From Raja brachyura (lineage: Eukaryota), in contig OY740814.1 in assembly GCA_963514005.1 (NCBI GenBank), forward strand, positions 14,508,001-14,572,000: 64,000 nt of DNA, in the 5' to 3' direction. This document shows positions 22,286-34,305 of this stretch, piece after piece. Every line of letters starts with the position of its first letter. Position 1 is the first letter of the stretch. The translations under genes and the position numbers were made by a program. The notes under the pieces were generated by a model, which was given only the letters and a program-made list of their open reading frames with translations, was not told the DNA's origin and did not search any database.

Positions 22286-24491
22286 ACCCAGCCTATCCAA
22301 TCTCTCCCTATAACCGAAGGCATCTCATCTGGGCAAGATTCTGGTAAATCTCATCTTTACTCTTTCCAGAGCAATCATGTCCTATTGTGTGGTAACTAGA
22401 ACTACACACAACAGTCCAAGTGCAACAAGCCATATGCTGCCTTTACCACCCCATGTCCACCTGTTTTGGTCCTTTAAGGGGAAACTATGGGCTTTATTAT
22501 GGACCCATAAATCTCTCTGTTCATTAATGCCCTTAGCACCCTAGCAGTTACTATATATCCTACCCCAACTTTGCTTTGTATTTATGATAGAGGGAGTGCA
22601 GTGCATCAGCATGAGTCTAAACTGGAGAGTTTGAAACGTGAAATGGGATTAAGCAAACTGGGCTCTCGACTCTCAAGCTTTTGGAAGAATAATGGGTGAT
22701 CTCATTGCAATATTTCAATGTTTGACATGGTGATGAGGAATTGATAGATTTTAGAATCAGTGGTCACAGTTTCTAAATAAAGGGTCAATCATTTGAGAGA
22801 TAACGGGGACCTCTTCACCAAGAGTCTTTGGAACCCCCTGCCCAAGGAGGATGTGGGAGCACAGATGAAAAGTATATTCAGGGCAGGTTGTTATGTATGG
22901 AATTAAAGGATATGGGGATAGCGCAGGAAAGTAGTACTGAAGGGAATGATCAGCCATTATCTTGGTGAATGACAAAGCGTACTCCAAGGGCTGAATGGCC
23001 ATCTCTTTCTATACAACTGAAGCAAAATGTTTGCTTGTTAGGTTTACTGTAACTGCTGTTGAGCAGGAGAGATGTGATGAAGTAAGCAGTTGTTTAATTT
23101 TTAATGCAACCAACAGCTGCTTTACTAAAAGCACAGTTCCTGTTGCTTCACTCTTTTTGTTATTTTAAACTTGCATTATCCAACCATGTCTGTAATTGGT
23201 CAAAATTTGATCAAGTTAACCTGAACTGGGTTTATGGTGCATGGCTTCAAGATCTGGGCAAGATTAAGATTGGATATGTTCTTGAGTACACTACTGACGT
23301 ATTTGGAGGTCTTGTTGTGTTGTACCAAATTTGTTGAATGTTTGTTGTCTTATTTTGATTAATATTAATCTATGTCTATTGAAAATCAGCTGTCTTTAGC
23401 AATCTGGTCATGGGCTTGGGTTGCATTATCACTTTAGCAAATTCACCATTCCTTTTTATGCAACAGGCCAGAGTTTGCTGATTGTATGATCTGACTTCAA
23501 TTGACACGCTCTTTCTAAATACTGTTTTGCAATGTTTCTCAATAAAAGATGGAAGTTGTTTGTCTTTTGTGAGCTCATTAGGGCTAAGTGCAGTATATCC
23601 AGAGGAATAGTCTTTCTCGGCCCTCTGCCCATGCTGACCATAAGGCCAATTTAAACTACACATCTGCCTGTTCATGTGTTTGTCTTAAAGCTTATTAAAC
23701 ATTATCATTTCTGCTTTCACCATTTCAGTCAGCTGTGCGTTCCACACACCTTTCATTCTGTTTAAAAAATAAATACATTTTTTTAAAATATTGCCTTGTC
23801 ATCTTCATTAACTTTCCACATCTTACCTCAAAGCTATGCCCTCTAATATTTGATATTTCAACCATGAGAAAGATTACATTTTAAACCTGAGAAAGACTCT
23901 CCCTGCCCTATCAATGCCCCTCAGAATTCTATATACATCTGTTGGGTTGCCTCTGTTTCTACTCTAAAGACACCAGTCCAAGTTTAGCTAATATTCTTGC
24001 TAATATTGTATCCTGCTCTGTTTATTTTCTCTTTAGGCACTGCGTGATGTCCTTGCATACTTGCCTCAATAGCTCAATTTGTTTTACTGTATCTCAGTAT
24101 GCTTGACAATAATAAGCCTGCACTGATATACTCTAACCCAGTTAACATCCTGGTAAACATATTCTGCACCCTCTCCAAAACTGCCACATCCCATAAAGTG
24201 CTGAGGAGAACTACACAAAATACTAAAATATGGCTTAATTTTTTTTAACCAAAGTTTTTTGGAGTTGCAACATTACTTTGTACATTAAACACAAAATCTA
24301 GTAATCCAAAATGTATACTGTACCTGATTGATGAAGGCAAACTGTAAACTTCCTTTACCAACTATCTACTTGTGTTGCCACTTTGTTTGAACTATGGACT
24401 TGTATCCTAAAATCCATTTGTGCATCAATGCAGTTAAGGGGCAACCAGTGCTACCCAGAATCTAGAGCTCATAATGTCCAGGCTTATGGAC

Positions 24492-24612
24492 TGTGAAGAA
24501 GGATCTCGACCCAAAATATCACTATCCATGTTTTGCAGAGATGCTGCCTGACCTGCTGAATTACTCCAGCACATTTTGTAAACCAGCATCTGCAGCTCCT
24601 TGTTTCTACATT
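24492..24612 (+). mobile_element. Penelope terminal-repeat fragment
   Basis: TGAAGAAGGATCTCGACCCAAAATATCAC...GATGCTGCCTGACCTGCTGAATTACTCCAGC...CCAGCATCTGCAG. Confidence 0.7.
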
Positions 24613-26859
24613 TTACTGGCTAATGTATATCCTTGCTCGGTTCACCTACCTGACTTTCCCTTAGCAATTAAACTACATCCAATTTTATGCCTAGCTTCTC
24701 CTCTGGGATATTGTGTCTAGTCGAACAAATTCTAACGACAGTCATTTGTAACCACACTCTGTGCAATGGCGCAGTGTTTGCGTGTATGGTCTGAAATTAG
24801 ATCCTTTTCCAATACTTGGATTTACCTGTGTATTTCCATCTAAGAAGCAGGCTTCTGTGGGGGAAAAAAAGCAGCAGACAATGTTATGCTTCCATGACCT
24901 AATGTTGGATTTCATACTGATGTCTGAATCAACAAAAAAAGTGATTTGTGCTTTTTTGCTATCTTGTCATTGAGCCAGCTGCTACAGCTTTTGCTTGCAA
25001 CACTGAACACTGAATTGATCAGGTATTCCAGAATCTTTGGTGCAGAACATTGCTGACATTGTGATAATATAAATAGCCATTGGAGTTTTTTTTTTACTGC
25101 TGTTGGATAGTTCGAATTTCCAACAAAATATATCTGGATGAACGAAAAGTGAATCTGCTTGTCATAAAAATGTGAATGTGTTTAATTGGGAAAATGAAAT
25201 TTCCTGATTCTTTATTGAGATGCAGCTCATGCCCAGTATTACCTAAACCTTTCTGGGAATGAAACCAGCTGTTCTTGCCCAGACTAAGGCTTTTATCGTG
25301 ACGGCATGGATGGCAAATCCCAGGATTTTGTGACCCAGCAAATGGCTTCATCCAATGTTTGAAGCTGACCAACAATGGCCTCCATAAAATTATCTTTTCC
25401 TGATGTAATTTCTTTGTTGCCTTGGCCGTTTACCTCAACATAAAATGGACATAATCACTTTCGAAAGATCATGCAACATTTGGATATAAATATGAAACCA
25501 TTGTTTTAAAACCAGGTAATTACGTGTACTTTACAATTTAGAAAGCACCTGGGAGAGTGGACATTTTAGATTGAACCTTTCATTAAAGTAAATGTGAAAA
25601 GTAATCTACCTGCAATGTTTACCATTTCACTCTCCTTGGGTGCTGTCTGATCCAAGCTGTTCCTGTTTTTTTCTAAGTTCAAATCGGCAGTATGTTGCTT
25701 CTGTAATGTATTTTGGTTGTCATCAGCATTAAATAAGAGAATGTTTCCTTTGTAATGTTTGTGAAATGGTATTGGGTAACGACAATATCTTAGGTCAATT
25801 TAAAGAGGAAATAAGGGTGAGGGGTTTGAGATTCAAACTGAAACAGCAGAATCTTCAGTTTGGCCCTCAATTGAACCAGTCTGTAGCTCTCCAGTAGATC
25901 ATAGAAATGTTCCTAATTTATTATTTTAAAGACTTGATTGAGTTGAGTTCTAGATAATTGTTGCTCATGGCAACTATCCACCTATTGTGCGTGGATTAAA
26001 AAATTCTCTGGAAAGTCAATTTAAATATCAGCTATTCAAACAATCCCTATCTGTTTTGGCATGCAGTTTAATGCATGATCACCTCTCGACCTTCTGCTCC
26101 AGCTTTGATTATACTAGTCATTCTTTCCAGAAACACCCAGCTTATCAGCAGCTGCGATAGGTTTCCTCCACCATTTGAGATCTGGACATGCTCAAACTCT
26201 CATCCTGCTACTGGCTGCATACTTTGAAATTGTTCATCATAAATCCAGGCTTGCATCTGAAATTTAAACTCTAGACAGCCTTGGTTGGGTTCTAAAAGGA
26301 CTGATATAATTGTTCTCACAGCAGCCCTGCCTGGATCCAGCCAGATGCAGAAAGGAAAGGTCTTGCCATTTAGACAGAAATGCTGATCAAATGTTACCCG
26401 AGTACATCTTTCCTTCCCAAAATGTCCACCACCCAGTGACCTGTCATTTTTTGCTGAAGATTCAGGGTTGACGGATTGAAAATATTACACTGTGTTTGTC
26501 TGTTCAATAAACAGGTCACCGACTGTCCATAACTATTCAAGCATAATTTAATTTGTTGCAACAAGAATCATGCCTCGGAGAAGCTAAAGCCAATCACTAA
26601 TTTTATTGTCTCACTGTGGGGGAGAGGGAGGAAAGAGCGGTAGGGGTAGAGTGTGGTCCAGTTAAAGAACTCAGAAAACTACAAAACAAGTGATTAGAAT
26701 TCCAGGGGGAGAAAGATGTGGCAAATAAAAGGAAGTGTCTGGGATGCTCACCATAGTTGTTAAGGTAACAATGAATAAACCAGTAGTTGGAGACAAAGAA
26801 ACAAACTGAAATTTAAATATCCAGTAACTTCTGTGTAAAGGGGGGGGGGGAGAACTGTG

Positions 26860-27510
26860 AACTGTGAACATGTTAACTTCAATGAGTGGTGGTCTGCATT
26901 GTGCCCAGATGGGGGATGAAACGTTGCTCAAGCTTACCCTGAGCGTCATTGGGACAGTGTAGGTGGCCCAATACTGAGGTCAGAGTGGGAGTAGGTTGGT
27001 GAGGTTAAATGCCATGTATCTAAACATCGGGGTCACCTTGTTGGTGTAATGGCGATGTTTTGAGAAATGGTCACCCAATCTCCACAGTGTAAAGGAGACC
27101 ATATCATGAGCACTGAATGTGGCACACTAAACAAAGTGTGAGTGAATTGCTGCTTCAAATAAAGGGCTGCTTGCCTGTTTGGATGGTGGAAGGGAAGAGG
27201 TTGGGATAAGTGATACAACTCCTGACGTTGTGTGGGGAAAGTGCCAGGGGATTGGTGGAGATGGAAGACTGGAGCAGGGAGTCAATGGAATAGTTGCTAC
27301 GGAATATTAGAAGGATGTGTGGAATTCTGTTTAAGGTGGCAAAAATAATGGCAGATGATCTGAAGAATGTGTAAGGTGAGGACATTTGTTATTCTGGTCG
27401 AGAGGAAAGCAGCAGGAGGAGCAGCATGCAGAAAGCATGAGACACAGTGGAGAGCCCTGTTAACTGGCAGAGGGAGAGGCGGCAGTTCGGAGAAAGGAAG
27501 ACATCTCAAA
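26860..27510 (-). mobile_element. Old Penelope-like element ORF remnant
   Basis: The minus strand resembles the PLE linker and GIY-YIG region (AGCAACGTTTCATC..CATCTGGGCACA; CAGCAATTCACT; ATATGGTCTCCTTTACACTG). Confidence 0.65.
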
Positions 27511-27559
27511 GTCTTGACTTTAACGTTTTAGTAAAAATGTTAAAACTGAGGCCCCTTCT

Positions 27560-28170
27560 GCTACTTAGCTGGTTATAGGAGTTCTCTGCAATCCATGGCA
27601 ATGTTTATCCCAACATCATTAAAACTAATGAACTGAGCAGTTATCTTAATGTTATTTGTAAGTCTTTGCTCTGCAAATTGGCAGCTGCATTTCCTACTTT
27701 ACAACAGAAGCAAAGTGCTTTGAGACTTCCTGAGATGGTGAAAGGTTTGTAGAAATGCAAGCCTTTATTTTCCAAAGGAAGCTTATCAATAGCACAACTG
27801 TGCTGAATAGAACAAATGCTTTCCAACAAAAGCAGATTAATTTTTGTTAGTTATTATCACAGTTTGGTTAGAACGGTTTCCCCCGAGTCGAAGTGGATTG
27901 ACCCACTCTGAAAGCTTGAGTGGACATCCAAAGTGAACCTTGTGTGGACTTTCAAATGAAATATTAAACTCGAACCCACCTGCTGCTCTAGGACAGGAAC
28001 TTTCTCAATGACTGTACGTATTTGCTTGTCTGCTGTCATCTACAACATATTTCCTTTTTCTGTGTGTGAGATCTTGCCACATGCAGATGTTGCGACACCT
28101 CAGTTAACTCATTGCCAGTAATTAGCTTTGAGTTGTCCTGAGGTTGTGAAAAGTGCTTGGAATATCTCTG
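27560..28170 (+). mobile_element. Two degenerate DeuSINE (SacSINE1/AmnSINE1-like) remnants
   Basis: GCAAATTGGCAGCTGCATTTCCTAC.TTACAACAG...GCTTTGAGACTTCCTGAGATGGTGAAAGG..TAGAAATGCAAG, and a second copy ending TCCTGAGGTTGTGAAAAGTGCT. Confidence 0.65.
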
Positions 28171-30594
28171 TCGTTAGGTTTTGCAATTCTGCGAGTTGGA
28201 TGCTAACCAGATATCGGCAAGTAACTCTATCGTGGGCCTTTGCTGATGCCTCAAAGCATTCTGAGTTTAATATCTCTGCCCTACCCCAACTGTGTCACTT
28301 AAAGAAATTTGGATAATGGGTTTCTTTGGGTGCTGGGGGAGGGAGAGGTAGGCAGGCACACAGAACATGCAGAAACCTGGCCTGGTCCAGCGAAAGCTCA
28401 CCCATGGTGCTCATCACGGAGGTCGGGTTGCTGACTCATTCTCCATGAGTCAGTGTCTTGTCATTTCCTAAATGGCTTGGTTTTTTAAACCCTTGTGTGG
28501 GAATATTTGTTGTCTTAAGGGCAATGTATCAGTGTCATTTTGTCCTGCTCCCTGCCCTCCACACCCAGGGTTTCAGAGATGAAAGTGTTTGCCTGGTTGC
28601 TTTGTTTTTCATCCTACAACGCGGCAGTGAGTTGAAAGCGGGAGGATCTTCTGTAGATTATGTCATAGTATCTTTAAGGATTGCAATATAAAGTATCCTT
28701 GTAGGGTGGGGCTGCATTGTAACACTGCCTCAATTTTGTACAAAGTAAAACTGAAATTAGAGTGCAACATGAAGTGTAACCTTAGTTTCTTGAGGCAGGA
28801 CGAAGCCACTTTCCTTGCTCCTGAATTTGAAGTCTGTAATTGGGGTCCAGCTGAATGTTATGAATAATGAAGATATTTGCTTTAACAATGTGATAACATG
28901 GTTGGCAGTGTAATCCGAGGCCTGCCTGGAGTTTCCATTTTCTGCTTGCGAGCAACTTCTGCTTGCACAATGGCAAGTTTGTAATGATGAGGTCATGCAT
29001 TAAAGGAACTGCTGTGAGGTTAGACTTTGCCGACTAGTTTTTCCTGCTCTGCTGACAGGTGGCCATTGTTTAATGTGATTCCCTGCCCTGGACAGGTTGC
29101 CACTGCTTGATGCCCAAGTGGTGAAATCATGTTTATCTTAGAAACTTTAATTGTCCAGAAAGGACTGAAGTGAAGGGACGTGATGTAAAGTGGGCTTTAT
29201 ATGCTGATTTCACTGATGCAGCATGGAATATCATAGTCAAAACAAACTCTTTATTATTAATAGGCGCTGCTAATAAGTGATGTCAGTGGAGTTTGGTGAG
29301 AGCATTTTGGGGGCAGAGGAGGTTCCTGTGGAGTTTTGAGGCTCTCATTGGAAGGACATTAAAGGGAGGAGAAAAGATTAGGCACTCCCTCTAGGGCAAA
29401 GTCAGTGAGAAGGGGATTAGTTGTGGACTGGTGGAATCTACGCAAACAACGGCAAATTTAAATAGTAATTATTTGGGATTGTCTCTTAACCAACAACCAA
29501 AGCAATTGGTTATTACATTTGGTTGGGCTCTTGCTGTGCATGCTGCTGTATTCCACTATCCTAACCAGATGTTCTCTCCAGGAGCAGAACATTTACAGAA
29601 AATGCCTCCTGTTCATAAATGATAGGAAAACTGTGCAACAGCTGTCTCCAATATTAGTACACGGACCGCACTTCAAAGGTTCTTTGTTTTGGTGTGCCCT
29701 GAGATTATTGAAGGCATTTTAAAAATGCGAGTTCTCGATTTATGATAAATAGGGTCTGAGCAGATTATTGTATCGGATGGCAAAAGGCTGGATGTCTGTG
29801 CAGTTACAAATCTGGTTTTTGAATTTCTAGACTGACAATGGGCTGTCTCTGTTCCTGCTCCACAAGTGATTGTAGTGTCCTGATACCATTCTCTGTACCT
29901 ATCCTGAGTTAGAATCAACCAGTGCAGGTTGTAGTCAGCTGATCGTATTGGTCTGAATAATACAATGATGCCACAATGCTTGCCTCTTACCTCGAGGGAA
30001 GCTGTACAGAAAGTTCCAGTAATCTCCTGGGCAGATTTGGAAATATCTGTGAGGGAATTACTGATCGTGTAGAAGAGAAATCTGTGTTTTAGGACCAGAG
30101 GATTCTCCAGTATCCATGCTTTTACAACACCGTGCGATGTTATGTGGGGATTTCTTTGGGAAATCTGAAGTCTTCAATGACTTCCGGATGTTGAGGATTT
30201 TGGGATGTGGGGGTGGTGCTAATAAGTATTGCCATGATAATAGATCGGTTCTGATGTTGGTGAATGTCGATGCAGGGTTGCAACCCAGGGCCTCCCATTT
30301 CTTGTTTGGATTTGTTGACTCCTGCTGTCTCCCGCACAAAACATTGCATTCCTCGGAAGAGCTGGGAATCAGTGTCTGGACACATGCAGTCCAGACTCTC
30401 CCTTTTCGGCAGTGTGATGATGGCAGTTGATGACAATTCCTAACATTAGCCGATTAAAGGCCGTTAACTCTGGACTTGCTGCAGTTGTTGATTGTCGGGT
30501 TTGAGTATGAGGCAGTGAATGATTTTCTCATACGTCGCTTCTAACTGCATCTGGTCACAGGCCTTTGGATTAGTGCACTGCATTTGATCAATAA

Positions 30595-30810
<216 letters not shown>

Positions 30811-31141
30811 TAAGTTTGGCATTTACTGGATCATGGAATTATCTTTGTACAGAATTCTCCTTCCTCTTACCGCTCCCATATGCAGGTGCAAAGATGAAGT
30901 GGGTGCAGTAGTGTTTGGGGTTAAGTATTTATGGGCTTGGGAAAGCAGGCTGTCAAACGGAGAACTTTCAGACGCAGTTAGTGATGGTGGGGAAGGGAAG
31001 TGTGATGAGATCTGGGTGGGGTGTAAGACGGGCTGGGTGTTAACAGGGTGTTGCTGTTTGCAAATGTCAGATCAGCCAATTTGGTTTAGCATTCCCTGTT
31101 TTAGTCTTTTACTCAATAGTAAATTAGGTCATTTTGGAGTA

Positions 31142-31340
31142 CAGGTGCTCCCGATTTACGATGCCTCGACTTGCAATATTTTGACTTTACGATTGGCAAA
31201 CGCTCGGCAACGGCAGCGAGCCACACGTCACTTCCAGTCACGTGACCGCAATATATCGCAATGTGTTTTCGACGTGCGATATTTTCGGTTTACGATGGGT
31301 TTATCGGAACGTAACCCCATCGTAGGTCGAGGAGCAGCTG
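31142..31340 (-). mobile_element. TcMar-Tigger (Tigger4/Zombi-like) MITE in RAB11A intron 2
   Basis: TA TSD at 31140-31141 and 31341-31342. TIRs CAGGTGCTCCCGATTTACGATG / CATCGTAGGTCGAGGAGCAGCTG. The minus strand starts CAGCTGCTCCTCGACCTACGATGGGGTTACGTTCCGATAAACCCATCGTAA. Confidence 0.85.
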
Positions 31341-31473
31341 TATACAGCAAATGTAAACACATAAGCCATTAAAGTGTTTCAGTTTGGGTGCACTAGCATT
31401 TTATTCTAGTTCAATCATCCAACATTTCAGTCTAACTTAAAGGTTGAATGCCTCTTTAGAGTTATTGAGCTAA

Positions 31474-31695
<222 letters not shown>

Positions 31696-32508
31696 TGATC
31701 CTGGCCCATTTTTGGGCCGTTTCTGTTTAATAATGGATTTCACAAATTAATGCGTAGAGAAGGGTGGTTTCCTCCAACTCTTTGCAGGATTCGGCTGAAC
31801 ATGGGTTTCTTGTGAGGGACTTTGCTCTGTGGCTGATCAACATTTGCCCTGGGGACCGGACACGTCTCCTGCAGATTATATGTTCAGTATTTTAAGGCTT
31901 CAAAAACAAATCTTGATTTCCACCCAGTTTCCCCGGGGATGGACCCGCCACATTTAGAGCAATCTGTCAGCTGGCTGGTTCTCTGGTGCAACTTCACTTG
32001 GGCCAAATCATTCTCTGTGATCCTGGGTAGCCAAGAGTTTTGCACCCATTCCCAAAGCTGTGCTTTGCACACAGGAATGTGTCCAGGGCAGGAGGTACTG
32101 AGTGGATGGGAATTAACCAAATTTGCAAGAATTCAGCCTTCTAAATTCTGTTGTTTTTATATGAATTTATTCAAACTAGATTAAATTTACTAAAAGATCC
32201 AAACAAGTAACAATTTGGGGAGCAGGTGAGCCTGGCGGATCAGTGGAGATTACGTGCTGTGCAAGGTTGCAGTGGAAGGTGGTCCATTTGAGTGAAGGTT
32301 GGGAAATTGGCTGGGGGTTGGTTGCCTGTCACCGTGAGGGTGGGAGGAGGGACGTTCTGCCACCATGGAATTTGTGCGGTGATTTGGACATCCTCTATTG
32401 GTCACTGAAGAGGGACAACTGATCTGCCCTTTGTCCAGACCTACCAAACAAGCTGAAAATAAAATAAGGATTTGTTTTGTGATGAAATTGTTGTGGCTTT
32501 CATTCCAG

Positions 32509-32589
32509 AGAAAAATGGACTGTCATTTATTGAAACGTCAGCTTTGGACTCGACAAATGTAGAGACTGCATTCCAGACTATCCTCACAG
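32509..32589 (+). CDS. RAB11A: Rab-11A coding exon 4 (ETSAL)
   Basis: Acceptor TTCCAG|; encodes [27 protein letters not shown]; donor CAG|GTATGT; 81 nt. Not captured by the ORF track. Confidence 0.97.
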
Positions 32590-32596
32590 GTATGTT

Positions 32597-32722
32597 CTTC
32601 TGTGTAGCGCGTACAGCCTAAAGTTGTGGGTTGACTTGTTCTATTTGATTTATTTGTGCACGTCAGGTTGATTGCATTAGTTGAAATAGAGTGGACCTCG
32701 TGAAGGTTGTAATCTCCCACCC
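32597..32722. mobile_element. 126-bp unclassified insertion whose 12-bp TSD duplicates the exon-4 donor
   Basis: Direct repeat CACAGGTATGTT at 32585-32596 and 32723-32734. Confidence 0.75.
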
Positions 32723-33565
32723 CACAGGTATGTTGATTCATTGGGACTAAAATAAAGATTGTCTTAAAATGCAAGATGCAGACCTGATAAACAATACGTG
32801 TGCTAATAGTTATATTGTGCAAAAGAAAGGCAATTGCCGTTTTTATTTGTGACACTAGCTTCCTCTCATTGTGTGGGGGACAGTGGTGGTTTCTTTGGGT
32901 AATTTGTCTTCCTGAGGGAGGCTTCTGTGGCTTGTCTCTGCACGTCCTGAGTGTGGTTACTCAAAGATGTCTGTGCATGCAGCTTGGAACAACTTCCTAT
33001 CATTTGCAGCTGTAACTTGATGAAAAACAAGATTTCCCACTGCCATCAGCCTCTGAGATGGGGAGGAAAATTTGCAAGAGATATTTTGAAATCTCACTGT
33101 TTTGTGTGCAATATTTTGGGTGGTGAATGTGAATAGTTTAGATAACCAGTGTTTGCACTACCCACCTAGTAAGAAATATCTCTCGGTAGATAAAAAGATC
33201 CGTTCCCCTGCCTTAATATAACAGCTCGTACATACTTTCACATTAGTCCACTTTGGGCAGCAGACTTCTCTGGTGGATTCATGATACTTGATTTGACTCC
33301 TATCATGCAGAAAGATCTTGATGCCTTTGGAGAGCCTCATTTTATTGTCTAGATCAGAACCCTGTACAAGTGGTGAAATAGCCACTAACCCAGGGTTTAA
33401 CTTCTCATCTAGCTAAACAAATACCAAGGCAGAGCTGTGGCAAAATTTCAGAAGTGATGAACTGGCTGTGTAATTATTTCTGTGCTGGACAAACCTTGAT
33501 GCGGTTGTCAAATGAGCTGCCATTACAGATGCAGAGTCTAGCAAGTGCAGAGTTTGTGTTTGGGA

Positions 33566-33730
33566 GAAAAAGATCCAAGCTGCTGGTGGAAGTCAGCAGG
33601 TCAGATATGATTTATGGCGGCAAAAAGATAATCGTCATTGCCTGCACAGATACGACCTGACCTGCTGAGTTCCTCTTGCTGTTCTTTTTGGGTTTTTTGC
33701 TCTGGATCTGCTGTGTTTTGTCTCCAGTTT
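33566..33730. mobile_element. Old inverted Penelope terminal-repeat insertion
   Basis: TCAGCAGGTCAG ... CTGACCTGCTGA inverted pair, in the family context. Confidence 0.6.
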
Positions 33731-34081
33731 GAGTTCTGTGTAAGTTTCCATATAATTATTGTTGTGTGATTGCAGGTGAAAGGACAGCCGAGCTGGTTTT
33801 TTACAAGCATACCTCTGTGGAAACTTTAATAGTAGTTCAGTCAGAATGAGGTGTTGTATTTTTCCAAAGGAAAAAAGGCATCTTAATATTTGGGCATTAT
33901 TGGGAATGTGGACACTGAGATTCGAAATGAGTATGGAGTATTAGTTTGGGTATGAAAAGGATGTGGAATAGTGTTATTGCTTATAAAGGGAAGTGAGAAA
34001 GGATATTGATTCCAATAGTGTAGCCCAGTGCAAATTGGAGGAACAGCACCTCCTATTTAGTTTGGGCAGCTTACACCTCAG

Positions 34082-34305
34082 CAGGGCTCGAAATTAGCGG
34101 TTGCCCGGGTGCCAATGGCAACTTACAGTCCCGCCGGGCAACCTAAAAGCCATGCCAATTTTGCCCAGCTTGGCAAGCAACCGAGACACCCGTCCAGCTC
34201 TCCGCTCTGCACTAGCTCTCAGGTCTCCTCTCGGCTTTCGGGTCATCTCTCGGCTCTCAGCACTAGGTCTCCGCTCTCGGCTTGGGTCTCCGCTCGGGTC
34301 TCGGC
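34082..34305 (+). mobile_element. Truncated hAT-like DNA transposon end
   Basis: Begins CAGGGCTCGAAATTAGCGG, has CpG-rich subterminal short repeats (CTCTCGG), and has no matching second TIR. It sits between a Penelope fragment (34020-34081) and a CR1 fragment. Confidence 0.45.

Larger units (their letters stand above)
21000..24660. mobile_element. Cluster of degraded CR1 fragments in both orientations
   Basis: Plus-strand pieces at about 21000-21430 and 22580-23010; minus-strand pieces at about 21540-22570 and 23600-24660. All resemble the CR1 at 62154-63920. Confidence 0.65.

Noticed and set aside
28984-29055. Possible intronic C/D-box snoRNA (ATGATGA ... CTGA)
   Set aside because: No convincing terminal stem, no recognisable rRNA/snRNA guide, and far from the 3' splice site; such box pairs occur by chance.
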